NCBI GenBank assembly: GCA_001775395.1
Contig: MEWP01000131.1
Coordinates: 16,350-80,349, forward strand
Direction of reading: 5' to 3'
DNA length: 64,000 nt
Source: a candidate division Zixibacteria bacterium RBG_16_53_22
GTDB lineage: Bacteria; Zixibacteria; MSB-5A5; UBA10806
The notes below the pieces were generated by a model, which saw nothing but the letters and a program-made list of their open reading frames with translations, was not told the DNA's origin and searched no databases. Positions 37,266 through 48,164 of this stretch are shown here, one piece after another; the stretch's first letter is position 1, and each line of letters begins with the position of its first letter. Both the position numbers and the translations under genes were made by a program.

Positions 37266-38027
37266 TTATCGTCCCACTTTAGCGGACACTCGAAATGCCG
37301 GCTCCATCGCCTCGGCCGCCGTTTCACTCTGCAACATGGCGATAGCCGCCAGGTCCAGATGCTGTATTGAATCGACCTCGAAATCGCGGCCTGGATTGAC
37401 GCGCCGAATGAATCCACAGTTTTGAATCCTGGCTACGGGAATTTGCCCGGCCAGGATATCGAGGCGGGCCTTGACCGAAGCCGCTTGTTCAACTGAATCG
37501 ACAAATGAGGTGACAGCACCGACATTGGAAGCAATGCCCTCGTCGTTCAGCGACTTCAAGAGACGGCATGACGAAGCCACCGAGATTGAATCGGGCCTGG
37601 TGAAGAGCATTATCCGATCGCTCGATCCGGCGGCGAGTAACGACAGCGGATGGCCTCCCGAGGGCGGGTCGAGAATCAGAAAATCATATTTCTCCGAGAG
37701 CGAGCCTGTTAGCCATACCAACTTCTTGAGATCATCAAGCGACGGATCCAATACCGGCGGGGGAAGACATGTAAGGACATCGAAACCCGGCTCGGCTGAA
37801 ACGACAGCATCTTCGATCCGGTCATCCGCATCGAGAAGAGCCGAATATGAAATAGCCTCCTGTCCACCGAGTCCAAGTCCGCCCCACCCGAAGCAGAGGT
37901 CGAAAAGAAGCACTCTCTGCTCCAGGCCCGCGAGATATCGCGCCAGGCCGACACCGACCGTAGTCCGACCCGTTCCGCCGGCCCCCGAAATGAGAGCGAG
38001 CGTCTTTGCCCGCGGACTTACCGGCAT
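37266..38027 (-). CDS. MinD/ParA-family (FlhG/FleN-like) protein with a degenerate Walker A
   Basis: ISGAGGTGRTT sits where the deviant Walker A KGGxGKT should be; the signature Lys is Ala and the second Lys is Arg. It lies immediately upstream of fliA. Confidence 0.6.
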   Translation of the reverse strand: MPVSPRAKTLALISGAGGTGRTTVGVGLARYLAGLEQRVLLFDLCFGWGGLGLGGQEAISYSALLDADDRIEDAVVSAEPGFDVLTCLPPPVLDPSLDDLKKLVWLTGSLSEKYDFLILDPPSGGHPLSLLAAGSSDRIMLFTRPDSISVASSCRLLKSLNDEGIASNVGAVTSFVDSVEQAASVKARLDILAGQIPVARIQNCGFIRRVNPGRDFEVDSIQHLDLAAIAMLQSETAAEAMEPAFRVSAKVGR

Positions 38028-38578
38028 CTCGTTACCTCAATCGAGGGCGCCACTTCATATTCGGTGCTCTTTTTCGAAATCGGGAAAACTGCCAATTCTC
38101 GAAGGACTGACAGCTTTGATATCCCCGATATTTTGCAGAATGAGAATCGATATGAAAATCGCATCCATGATTGGCGCCAGGCCGCAATCCGTCCGGCGGC
38201 TGGCATTAGGACTGGGAAGTATTTTTCGAATTTCCCGGCTGAAAAATCAACTGACGACATTAACCATCTCCATTCGGAACCAATTGGAGCAAGGCCCATG
38301 CCGCCGGCTCGCCCGAATGACGACTTGTGCAAGCTGTTATTTCTTAGTGAATTATGCTGATGATCGAAATTTAGACAGCGAGATTAAAAACGCCTCTGGG
38401 AAAATACTGCCCAATCTCTGTTCAATTTTTTCCTATCGGAACAGAACGGTGATTATTCCGAGGTTTGCGCGGGCAAGAGCCGTTATGCCAGTTATCATCA
38501 TATCCAACCGCGCCATAACTGCTATTATGAATCGGAACTTTATGGGGATTCGCGGCTGTGGATTCTTGGCTATCGATT

Positions 38579-39835
38579 CTAATGTCGCCAGGTCTTCTTG
38601 GCGCCCCTGCCATTACCGTCAAATTTGCCTGTGAGGCTGCGAATTGTCAAGTCGCCATCGATATGAGTCAGTTTGTCATCGAATACTCTCACTTCGGGAA
38701 TTTTTATATTAGCTCCTTCAGGGTTGATCTTCATATCGAGCGGACGAGAACTCAGAGTATTGCAGACATCACGATCGACAGCGTTCATCGATATTGAAAT
38801 GCTAAGTTTCCCGGGGCTTAACCTGATATCCGGCGAGACGGGCTCCTCCGGTTCGAGCATGAATTTCAGTGCCTTGACATTGCTCTCCATCGCCGTCAGG
38901 AGGATTTCCTTCATTTCGTCTATCCTGGCCTGTCGGATGTTGCCTTTTTCAGTGGAATCGAAAGGCGCTTGTCTGACATTGATCCGCTTTGAGCCGTATT
39001 GGTCGGGCGCCACGGCCATCTCGTATTTTCCGCCGGCGTTAGCATGCTTTAGAAAAATAGCTCTTTGCCTGATTCGGGATCTCGGCTTGAGCTTGAGTCC
39101 CGTCGCGACATATATCAGCCACCGGGGAAATTGAGATATCAGCACACCCCTGATGACTCTTGGCCCGGCGGTTACGGGCATGTCGTCTTTGAACAGGTCT
39201 CTTAAATCAAACGCAAGAATCGTGATCGGATTTTGAACCATAGGATTAATATCAGGCAATTCATCAATTGAAGGGCGAGGGAATATGGTCTGTTCGATAT
39301 TACCAATCTCAAGCAGGATTGGTATTGGATAATGCGAGACCATTTTCCTTAACAGCTTGACGCTGATAGTGCCGTATTTCAAACATCCCGCGGAATCAGC
39401 GACGTAAATCTGTATGCGGCCCTCGGATTTTGGATGCTTGCAAATGTCCCGGATCTTGAAAGTTACGACCTTGCCGCCATTTGTCACCTTTGAATATTCA
39501 TTTGGCCCGAGGGCTTTCATGTCCTCATGGCTATAATCCAGTTCACTCCCATTTTCAGGTGGCGCTTTGATACTGACGGTATTATTTGAGTTTGCCAGCG
39601 CCATATGAATTAAATCGGCATTCAGATGAATTTGCTCTTTCGACTCAATTGGGCAGGCACACCTTGGATGGACGTTCGGCGGAAATTCGCAATTCTGCGC
39701 TTCGAACATGAACGGCTCGATTCTCGACTGCAATGTCAAATCATGATAATCGTGTACAGGCGCAATCTGCATTTGAAACGGTTCATCCGTTAGGGCCGCG
39801 ATAGGCGGAGTCGGAATTTCGGGCACGCTATTCAT
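38579..39835 (-). CDS. Hypothetical 418-aa protein at the position usually occupied by flhF
   Basis: Long ORF with no P-loop and no recognisable domain. Confidence 0.45.
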   Translation of the reverse strand: MNSVPEIPTPPIAALTDEPFQMQIAPVHDYHDLTLQSRIEPFMFEAQNCEFPPNVHPRCACPIESKEQIHLNADLIHMALANSNNTVSIKAPPENGSELDYSHEDMKALGPNEYSKVTNGGKVVTFKIRDICKHPKSEGRIQIYVADSAGCLKYGTISVKLLRKMVSHYPIPILLEIGNIEQTIFPRPSIDELPDINPMVQNPITILAFDLRDLFKDDMPVTAGPRVIRGVLISQFPRWLIYVATGLKLKPRSRIRQRAIFLKHANAGGKYEMAVAPDQYGSKRINVRQAPFDSTEKGNIRQARIDEMKEILLTAMESNVKALKFMLEPEEPVSPDIRLSPGKLSISISMNAVDRDVCNTLSSRPLDMKINPEGANIKIPEVRVFDDKLTHIDGDLTIRSLTGKFDGNGRGAKKTWRH

Positions 39836-40019
39836 ATCAATCTTATATCAAATGAGCAATCGCCGTGCCAATGCCCTGATCGAAGGTCGGTTCTGGCGGT
39901 AAACTCATTCATGACTTCGAATTAAATGCCAGGCGGTGACGCGTGGTCACAAGCTTACGGGGAATTGGAGACTGCAGTTATTTCTATGACAAAGGCAAAA
40001 TTTTCCTGACGGATTGAAC

Positions 40020-40047
40020 TTGATTTTTCGGCAGTATCCCCTATTAT
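40020..40047 (+). promoter_or_regulatory. Putative sigma-70 promoter for the S8 protease gene
   Basis: TTGATT-N16-TATTAT, about 75 nt upstream of the ATG at 40123. Confidence 0.25.
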
Positions 40048-40122
40048 AAAGTCGCAACTCTTCGCTCATCTTTGATTTGGGAACTGAGGGCCCTGGTTCA
40101 GTTAAATTCAAAAGCAAAATAA

Positions 40123-43100
40123 ATGAATTATCCATTAATCACAGGAGAACTTATGCGCAGGAACGCAATCGCGGTGGTGGCATTGTTGCTCATTCTGACC
40201 TCGAATGCCATAGCCGGCACGCTCGTAACCCCTCTCGACGAGATGGTTGCCTCGGCCGATCCCAACCGGAAAATCGGGGTCGTTGTCGCCATGGCCGATA
40301 TGGTAGACAATAAAATTCTGAATGAAAGCCTCAAGAGCCGGTCGGCGACCTTTGCGGAACGTCATTACGAAGTTATCACCACCCTCCAGGCCAAGGCAAC
40401 TTCAACGCAGAGTCAGGTTCTAGACCTTCTAAATGATCTGGAGGCCCGGGGAAAGGCCGAGAAAATCCGAAACTTCTGGATTTCCAACATGATCTCCTTC
40501 GAGGGAACACCGGATGCTATCAGGCAGATCGCTGATCGAAGCGATGTCGACAAGGTCTATTTCGATTTCCCGGTCGAAAATATCGAGCCGTTCCGCGGTG
40601 GCGATGCGCCTCCCATGATTACCAGCCACACAAACGGCCTCGATGTCATCCATGCCCCGCAGGTTTGGGCCATGGGATACACCGGCGCCGGGCGAATCGT
40701 CTCCAATATCGATACCGGCGTTGACGGCACTCACCCGGCCCTTTCCGCCCGCTGGCGAGGCAATAACGGCCATCCGGCAAGCGAATGCTGGAAGGACCCC
40801 GTCCAGAATACGCCTACGCCCACCGATGATGGCCAACACGGCACGCACACCATGGGCACAATCTGCGGCCGCAGCACAACCACTTACGACACAGTCGGCG
40901 TAGCCATCAATGCCCAATGGATTGCCGCGGGAGCGATCGACGATGGTTCGACTATCGCTCAAATTATCGAATGTTTCCAGTGGATTGCCGATCCCGACGG
41001 CAATCCCGGCACCACCTCCGATGTCCCCGATGCAGTAGGTAATTCATGGGGATGGTCGCCGATCTATCATGGCGTGCCGCCTTGTGATGACACATTCTGG
41101 TCGGCCATCGATGGCTGTGAGAACGCCGGCGTAGTGGTTATATTCTCTGCCGGCAACGAGGGGCCAGGCGCCAATACGCTTCGCACGCCCGCCGACCGGG
41201 CCACCACTTATTACAATGCCTTCTCGGTTGGCGCAATTGACGGCCACGCGGCCGGATACCCTATCGCCTCCTTCTCTTCTCGAGGCCCCTGCTCATGCGC
41301 CACGGGCGATATGGCGATCAAGCCCGAGTGCGTGGCGCCCGGTGTTGATGTCTACAGCTCGATTCCGGGCGGCGGTTACGATGGCACCTGGGATGGCACC
41401 TCGATGGCCTCGCCCCATATTACCGGCTCTGTGGCTATAATCAGGCAGGTCAATCCCAATCTAGATGTCGATACTATCAAGGACATAATCCTGCAATCGT
41501 GCGTGGATCTTCCTGCCCCCGGCAACGGCGAGGACAATACCTATGGACACGGCGTCTTAAATCTCCAAACCGCGGTTCAACTTGCCATGACCGGATTCGG
41601 CTTTGCGGATGGCTATGTCAGGGACGCCGGGACCTCGGCGCCTTTGCCGGCCACAGTGTCGGTCGTTGGCGCGGCCAATCAGGTTAATGCCAACGGCTCG
41701 GGTTATTATATAATGGGACTGGCGGCTGATACGACCTATACTCTCAGGGCTTCGTATTTCGGATATACCCCTCTGGATCATAGCGCAGCCATACTGCCCA
41801 ACGACACAACGTCACAAAATTTCCTGCTGTCGCCGGCGCCATCGGCCATCCTTCAAGGGAATGTGACCGACAGCGCAGGAGCCCCGATCGCCGGGGCTAT
41901 CGTCACGGTCTTGAATACGCCCATTATTCCCGATACGACCGATGCCAGCGGATTCTATCAATTCCCGGCCATACCCACAGGTTCTGTTTACCAGGTAGGC
42001 GCTACCGCCCCCAGCCACAGCTTCGATCGAGATTCCATATTGATTCAAAGCGGCACCAACATTTTGAATTTTGTCCTCTATTCGGTTGAATCGTTCGAAT
42101 ACAGCAATGGAGGCTACATAGGCACCGGTGTCTGGCAATGGGGCGTGCCGACTGCCGGCCCGCCCGGAGCCCATTCGGGGACCAAAGTCTGGGGCACGGT
42201 CTTGAATGGTGAGTATCCAGATAATGTGGACGATAATCTCATCAGCAGCAATTTCGTGATCAGCGCTCCCAACTCGCGTCTGGAATTCTGGCATTGGTAT
42301 TCGATGGAATCGACCTGGGATGGCGGAAACGTCTCGATATCGACCAACGGCGGCGCCACCTGGAGTTTGATCACCCCCCTGACCGGCTATCCCGATCAAA
42401 GCGTCTACGCATTAGACGATCAACCGGGATTTAGCGGCTCCAACGGCGCCTGGTCGTTAGTCAGGTTCAATTTGAACAGCTACGTGGGACAGACAGTCAA
42501 GATTCGCTGGCGGTTTTCGTCGGACGGATTGATAACGGATTACGGATGGTATATCGACGACGTTGCCATATATGTGCCCGATCCACCCAATATCACTTAC
42601 AATCCGACATCCTACAGTGTCCAGGCGGCGCCGGGCCAGATCGAAATCAGGAGCCTCAATATCGGCAATACCGGTCCCGGGTCCCTCGATTACTATCTGT
42701 CGACCATAACAAATAATCTAATCCTGAACGACGGCCGGTCGGTCCCATTCAATATCACCGCCCTTAAACCAAAGCCGATCGATTACGTTTCCATCGAAAC
42801 AAAATCGGGCATTGTCACGCAGCCGATTTACCCGCCGGTGATAGCCGGCAGCGGCGGCCCCGATACCTACGGGCACTACTGGATCGATTCCGACGAACCG
42901 GGCGGCCCGCCGGCGACATATGTCGATATTTCCGGCGTAGGAACTCCGATATCCCTGAGCGATGACAATTACCTGGGTCCGTTTTCAATCGGATTCAGTT
43001 TCCCCTATTTCGAAAACAACTACACTCAGCTCTATATCTGCTCCAATGGGTATGTTTCCTTTGGAAACGGCTATAACTCAAATGACTTTGTCGGCATACC

Positions 43101-44577
43101 CAGCACCGGTACGCCCAACAACTTTGTTGCCGCGCTCTGGGAGGATGTTAACCCCGGCGCGGGCGGCACGGTTCGATACTACTACGATTCCGCCAATCAG
43201 CGATTCATTGTCAGCTTCGACGACGTGCCATACTGGCTTTATGGCGGCAGCCTCGATTTCCAAATGGTCCTTTATGCCAACGGCAAGATCGAGATGAATT
43301 ATGGGACGCTCAGTCCGGGATCGCACAATTTAAATACCTGCACGGTGGGGATCGAAAACGCCGGCGGCACGGACGGCCTCCAAATCTCCTATAATTCGGC
43401 ATACCTCCACAGCAACCTCAGCATCAGAATCTCAGCCTCATGGCTTTCCGCGGAGCCATCGAGCGGCAACGTGGCGCCGGGCGGGAATGCCTCGCCGACA
43501 ATTACATTCGACGCCAGGAATCTCGTAATTGGCACGTATACCGGCAATATCAACCTCGATTCGAACGACCCGGACACTCCCAATATCGATATTCCCGTAA
43601 CGTTCATTGTCGGCGCCGGCGGAACGCCGAATATAGTCGTAATCCCGGGCGCAGTCGGAGATACATTGGTCCAGGGCCAGTCGGCCGTGCATACTCTCAA
43701 AATCAAGAACACCGGGACCGGGACCCTGGGAATCACTTTCGCCGATTCAGCAGCCTGGCTGAGTGTTCCCGCCGGGTCGTATTTCATATCTCCCGGCGAC
43801 AGCATTTTCAGCAATATTACACTTAACGCCACGGGCTTGACGCCGGGTACTTATTCCGGCAGAGTCTGGGTGAACTCAAACGATCCCGACCAGCCGGCTC
43901 TTAATGTTCCGGTCACATTGCTTGTGATTCCAGTCGGCGCGCCGGAGATAAACCTGTCCAGAACCGCTTTTGTCGACACCGTCTTGGAGGGCAATTCGAT
44001 TGCCCGATATTTGTATATCACCAATAGCGGCACCGCGACTCTCCTCTATGGCGTGCACGACAATCGCGCCTGGATAACTGCTGCCCCCGATACGGGCAAT
44101 GTGCCGGTATCGTCGACCGACACTATAACGGTTACATTCAGCGCCGCGGCTTTGACACCGGGAACGTATGCCGGCCAGGTAAATGTCAATTCAAACGACG
44201 CCGATGAAAGTTCGACGATATTGCCGGTAACGCTTCTTGTAATGCAGTCAAGCGCCGGATGCAGCTACGCGGCGGGCGATATCAACAGCGATGGGACCGC
44301 AAACGGCCTCGATGTTACTTATGGTGTGTCATTCCTCAAGGGTGGCGCCGCACCACCGGATACCTGTTTTGATTGCCCCGTTATCGATGAAGATCTCTTG
44401 GCGGCCGGCGATGTCAATGGCAGTTGCGGCTTTAACGGCATAGATATCACATTTTTCGTCGCCTATCTTAAAGGGTTGCAGCCGGGACTGCTTTATTGCC
44501 CCGACTGCCCTCCGGCAAGCACCGAGGCCCCGGCCATAATTAAACATGAGTCGCAGGCAAAGGCGATCGCCAGATAA
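40123..44577 (+). CDS. Secreted S8 (subtilisin-like) serine peptidase, 1484 aa, with a beta-rich middle region and a dockerin-like C-terminus
   Basis: Signal peptide and catalytic triad (SNIDTGVD, HGTHTMGTI, GTSMASPHITG). The C-terminal GDINSDGTANGLD and GDVNGSCGFNGID loops match dockerin-type Ca-binding motifs. Confidence 0.85.
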   Translation: MNYPLITGELMRRNAIAVVALLLILTSNAIAGTLVTPLDEMVASADPNRKIGVVVAMADMVDNKILNESLKSRSATFAERHYEVITTLQAKATSTQSQVLDLLNDLEARGKAEKIRNFWISNMISFEGTPDAIRQIADRSDVDKVYFDFPVENIEPFRGGDAPPMITSHTNGLDVIHAPQVWAMGYTGAGRIVSNIDTGVDGTHPALSARWRGNNGHPASECWKDPVQNTPTPTDDGQHGTHTMGTICGRSTTTYDTVGVAINAQWIAAGAIDDGSTIAQIIECFQWIADPDGNPGTTSDVPDAVGNSWGWSPIYHGVPPCDDTFWSAIDGCENAGVVVIFSAGNEGPGANTLRTPADRATTYYNAFSVGAIDGHAAGYPIASFSSRGPCSCATGDMAIKPECVAPGVDVYSSIPGGGYDGTWDGTSMASPHITGSVAIIRQVNPNLDVDTIKDIILQSCVDLPAPGNGEDNTYGHGVLNLQTAVQLAMTGFGFADGYVRDAGTSAPLPATVSVVGAANQVNANGSGYYIMGLAADTTYTLRASYFGYTPLDHSAAILPNDTTSQNFLLSPAPSAILQGNVTDSAGAPIAGAIVTVLNTPIIPDTTDASGFYQFPAIPTGSVYQVGATAPSHSFDRDSILIQSGTNILNFVLYSVESFEYSNGGYIGTGVWQWGVPTAGPPGAHSGTKVWGTVLNGEYPDNVDDNLISSNFVISAPNSRLEFWHWYSMESTWDGGNVSISTNGGATWSLITPLTGYPDQSVYALDDQPGFSGSNGAWSLVRFNLNSYVGQTVKIRWRFSSDGLITDYGWYIDDVAIYVPDPPNITYNPTSYSVQAAPGQIEIRSLNIGNTGPGSLDYYLSTITNNLILNDGRSVPFNITALKPKPIDYVSIETKSGIVTQPIYPPVIAGSGGPDTYGHYWIDSDEPGGPPATYVDISGVGTPISLSDDNYLGPFSIGFSFPYFENNYTQLYICSNGYVSFGNGYNSNDFVGIPSTGTPNNFVAALWEDVNPGAGGTVRYYYDSANQRFIVSFDDVPYWLYGGSLDFQMVLYANGKIEMNYGTLSPGSHNLNTCTVGIENAGGTDGLQISYNSAYLHSNLSIRISASWLSAEPSSGNVAPGGNASPTITFDARNLVIGTYTGNINLDSNDPDTPNIDIPVTFIVGAGGTPNIVVIPGAVGDTLVQGQSAVHTLKIKNTGTGTLGITFADSAAWLSVPAGSYFISPGDSIFSNITLNATGLTPGTYSGRVWVNSNDPDQPALNVPVTLLVIPVGAPEINLSRTAFVDTVLEGNSIARYLYITNSGTATLLYGVHDNRAWITAAPDTGNVPVSSTDTITVTFSAAALTPGTYAGQVNVNSNDADESSTILPVTLLVMQSSAGCSYAAGDINSDGTANGLDVTYGVSFLKGGAAPPDTCFDCPVIDEDLLAAGDVNGSCGFNGIDITFFVAYLKGLQPGLLYCPDCPPASTEAPAIIKHESQAKAIAR

Positions 44578-44596
44578 GATACATGCATCCGCACAA

Positions 44597-44626
44597 AGCC
44601 CCCTTCCGGTGAAGGGGGCTTTTTTG
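44597..44626 (+). terminator. Rho-independent terminator
   Basis: agccccctt-ccggtg-aagggggct followed by tttttt. It lies 20 nt after the S8 peptidase stop. Confidence 0.7.
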
Positions 44627-44694
44627 TAATCGGGGTATTTTTCGTATCGGGACGTGACCTTAACTCGTCCTGGCGCACGCCAAAACAGATTATC

Positions 44695-45690
44695 TCATGC
44701 TTTGGCCAGTACCGAGGCAATCGCCGCTACATTGACAATATCATCAACCGAACAGCCGCGAGAGAGGTCGTTGGCCGGCTTGGCGAGACCCTGGATAATG
44801 GGGCCGATAGCTTCGGCGCCGGCGAACCGCTGGGTGAGCTTGTAGCCGATGTTGCCGGAATCGAGATCGGGGAATATTAATACGTTGGCGTTCCCTGCAA
44901 CCGCGGAATCGGGGGCTTTGCGTTTGGCCACCGACGGCACCACGGCGGCGTCGAGCTGAAGTTCACCGTCGACTGCCAGGCCGGGCGCCTTCTGTCCGAC
45001 AATCTCGAGCGCCTTGAGAACCTTGTCAATCCGCTCATGTTTGGCTGAGCCTTTGGTCGAAAACGACAGCATCGCCACGCGCGGCTCCTGCCCGACCAGC
45101 CTCCGCATCGTATCAGCCGATGATATGGCAACCGAGGCCAGTTGACCGGGATCGGGATCCGGCAGAACAGCGCAATCCCCGAACACGAATACCTTGTCGC
45201 GTTCTCCCTGGAATTCGGGAAGGACCATAAGAAAGCATGAAGAGACAACGTCAATTCCTTTGGCCAGCCCGATTATCTGGATGGCGGCGCGTAAAACGTC
45301 GCCGGTGGTCGAAAGCGCCCCGGCCACAGAACCATCGACACGTCCGTGACGAACCATCATGGCCCCGAAATAGAGCGTGTTTTTCATTGTCTTTTCGGCT
45401 TCAACAGGGGTCATCCCTTTTTCTTTGCGAAGGCGGTAATAGTCATCGGCGTAAAAATCGAACATCGCATCGGACTGGGGATCGACCATCTCGATCTTAT
45501 CGGGGTTAACGATGAATTTCTTACAGATCTTCCGGATTTCGTCGGCGATTCCCAAGAGCACCGGAGTGCAAATCCCCTCCGAAAGCAGCTTCTTCGCCGC
45601 CTGAACCGTCCTTTCCTCGCTGCCTTCCGGCAGTACTATTCTTCCTTTCAGTTTGCGCGCTTTGTCCTGAATGCTTGTCATGATATTCAT
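44695..45690 (-). CDS. pta: Phosphate acetyl/butyryl-transferase (short Pta family)
   Basis: 331 aa with family-typical SxGD and DLSRG-containing C-terminal half. Confidence 0.8.
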   Translation of the reverse strand: MNIMTSIQDKARKLKGRIVLPEGSEERTVQAAKKLLSEGICTPVLLGIADEIRKICKKFIVNPDKIEMVDPQSDAMFDFYADDYYRLRKEKGMTPVEAEKTMKNTLYFGAMMVRHGRVDGSVAGALSTTGDVLRAAIQIIGLAKGIDVVSSCFLMVLPEFQGERDKVFVFGDCAVLPDPDPGQLASVAISSADTMRRLVGQEPRVAMLSFSTKGSAKHERIDKVLKALEIVGQKAPGLAVDGELQLDAAVVPSVAKRKAPDSAVAGNANVLIFPDLDSGNIGYKLTQRFAGAEAIGPIIQGLAKPANDLSRGCSVDDIVNVAAIASVLAKA

Positions 45691-45741
45691 CTAAATCCTG
45701 CCTTTATGAGCCAGGGGCCCGATCATGAGCCTGCGGCTCAA

Positions 45742-46831
45742 TCACTCCCTGTGTGATAAGTAAGCATGTATGAAATTATCAATCTCGCCGTCCATGACGG
45801 CGTTAACGTTCGATGTTTCATATTCGGTGCGATGGTCTTTCACCATCGTATATGGCTGAAAAACATATGACCTGATTTGCGAACCCCATTCGATTTTCTT
45901 CTTAGAGGCCTCAATCGTGGCCATCTTGGCCCGCTCCTCTTCCAAAGCCTTCTGGTAGAGCCTTGCCCGCAGGACTTTCACGGCCGATTCGCGGTTCTTG
46001 TGCTGAGAGCGTTCGGTCTGACACTGGACCACGATTCCGGTCGGGATATGGGTGATTCTGACCGCGGATGATGTCTTGTTGACATGTTGCCCCCCGGCGC
46101 CGGAGGCCCTGAAGGTATCGATTTTCAGGTCGTCGGGTTTGATTTCGATATTGATATCTTCATCGGTTTCAGGGTAGATGAAGACAGACGCGAATGAAGT
46201 ATGCCGGCGCTTGTTGGCGTCGAACGGCGAAATCCTCACGAGGCGGTGGACGCCTGATTCCGATTTGAGGTACCCGTAAGCGTGCGGGCCCTTGATTTCG
46301 AGCGTGGCCGACTTGATGCCGGCCTCGTCACCGGCCTGATAATCCATCATGTCTGTTTGGAAGCCGTGATTTTCGGCCCAGCGAAGATACATGCGCAGGA
46401 GCATGCTGGCCCAATCCTGCGACTCGGTCCCACCGGCGCCGGGATGGATCGCCAATATGGCATCCTTGGCATCCTCCTCGTTCGAGAGGAAACTCTGGAA
46501 TTCGAAATCATCCAGCTTCCGGGCGATCGCGCCCAGATGAGAGCCGATTTCCTGGCGAAGCTCCGTATCGCCATCGGCCTGCGACAGACCGAGCAACTCG
46601 GAGGTTTCCTCGATCTCCTTTTGAAGCGCTTCCCAGTCGGCGACAGTTTTTCTGGTTGTATTGAGCTTTTTTAAGATCGCCTGAGCTTTCTGGTTGTCGG
46701 CCCAGAAATTGGCGCCCTGCGTCTCCTTCTCGAGGTCGGCGGCCTCGCTGCGGAGTCGGTCTATCTCAAAGATACCCCCGAAGTTTATCTAAACGCGATT
46801 TGAGCTCATTGACATCGACGGTAGTTTCCAT
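45742..46831 (-). CDS. prfB: Peptide chain release factor 2 (programmed +1 frameshift at about 46768)
   Basis: Frame 0 reads METTVDVNELKSRLDKLRGYL then TGA, within CGGGGGTATCTTTGAG (internal SD plus CUU UGA). The +1 frame continues through GGQ (SGAGGQHVNKT) to 45742. Confidence 0.9.
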
Positions 46832-48061
46832 TTATTTTTTTCCCACTTTGAAATAATGCCTTTTTCCGATTTTAATAATTAGCCCCTCGCGGAGGGGCAC
46901 TTGAAAATCCTTGTCTACAACCGTTTCACCGTTTATTTTTACGCCGCCCTGCTTGATGAGCCTCATGGCAGCGCCGTTAGTTTTGACTATGCCGGAGGCG
47001 GTGATGACTCTGGGCAGCCACATCTTGTCATCGGCCGATTCAATCAGCAGGTCGGGAATATCATCAGGCACTTCCCGCTTGGAAAATTGCTTTTCGAACC
47101 CCGCCTGGGCGGCATCTGCGGCTCCGGGGCCATGATAGATTTCCACCAGCCTCCGGGCCAGACTCTTTTTCAATGTCATCGGGTTAATATCAGGCTGCTC
47201 GAGCTGGCGCTTGATTTCCTCCAGTTCGTCCGCGCTGATATCGGTGGCCAGCCTGAAATAGTCGTAAATCAGGGTATCGGGAATCGACATCGTCTTGCCG
47301 AACATCTGGTCCGGCTCATCGCAGATAGCGATATAATTGCCCAGCGATTTCGACATCTTCTCGACGCCATCCGTGCCGACCAGAATAGGCATTGTCATGA
47401 CCACCTGAGGCTCCTGGCCATACTCGCGTTGCAGATCGCGCCCCACGAGGAGATTGAATTTCTGATCGGTGCCTCCAAGCTCGACGTCAGCCCGAATCGC
47501 CACCGAATCATACCCCTGCACCAGCGGATACATGAATTCCAGCATGCTGATCGGCTTGCCCTCGCTATAACGCTTGGCAAAATCATCACGCTCGAGGATT
47601 CGGGCCACGGTATATCTCGATGTCAAGGCCAGAACATCTTCGAATTTCATCCCCGAACACCAGCGGGAGTTGAAATCGATGACAGTTTTCTGCGGATCGA
47701 GCACCCTGAATATCTGACTTTTGTATGTCTCGGCGTTGCGCACGACATCCTCGCGGGTCATGGCGTTGCGGGTGCTGCTTCTGCCGGACGGGTCACCGAT
47801 CATGCCGGTGAAATCGCCGATCAGGAATACGACAGTATGTCCGAGGTCCTGGAACGTCTTCAACTTCCTTATGGAAACCATGTGCCCTATATGCAAATCC
47901 GGAGCAGTAGGATCGAAGCCTTGTTTAATTACAAGCGGTTTGCCGGTCTGATACGATCTTTCGAGTTTATCCGAAAGCTCCTGCTCGCGGATAATTTCGA
48001 CTGCACCGCGCTTTATAAGCTCAAGTTGTTCTTGCGGTTTTAACATCGCCAATTGGAACAT
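46832..48061 (-). CDS. tyrS: Tyrosine--tRNA ligase
   Basis: HIGH-like HIGHMV, KMSKS and a C-terminal S4 domain. 409 aa. Confidence 0.95.
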   Translation of the reverse strand: MFQLAMLKPQEQLELIKRGAVEIIREQELSDKLERSYQTGKPLVIKQGFDPTAPDLHIGHMVSIRKLKTFQDLGHTVVFLIGDFTGMIGDPSGRSSTRNAMTREDVVRNAETYKSQIFRVLDPQKTVIDFNSRWCSGMKFEDVLALTSRYTVARILERDDFAKRYSEGKPISMLEFMYPLVQGYDSVAIRADVELGGTDQKFNLLVGRDLQREYGQEPQVVMTMPILVGTDGVEKMSKSLGNYIAICDEPDQMFGKTMSIPDTLIYDYFRLATDISADELEEIKRQLEQPDINPMTLKKSLARRLVEIYHGPGAADAAQAGFEKQFSKREVPDDIPDLLIESADDKMWLPRVITASGIVKTNGAAMRLIKQGGVKINGETVVDKDFQVPLREGLIIKIGKRHYFKVGKK

Positions 48062-48164
48062 ACCTCCCCGAAAATTGTAAAATTAATTATTATATGACCT
48101 TATTGCAAGTAAATTGTGGCGATTTGCCTTGACAGCCACCTTGCAGATACATAATTGAATTATT

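Noticed and set aside
46901-48043. 380-aa ORF on the plus strand
   Set aside because: It is entirely antisense to the well-supported tyrS gene. It has no recognisable motifs and is a typical long antisense ORF in a GC-rich gene.
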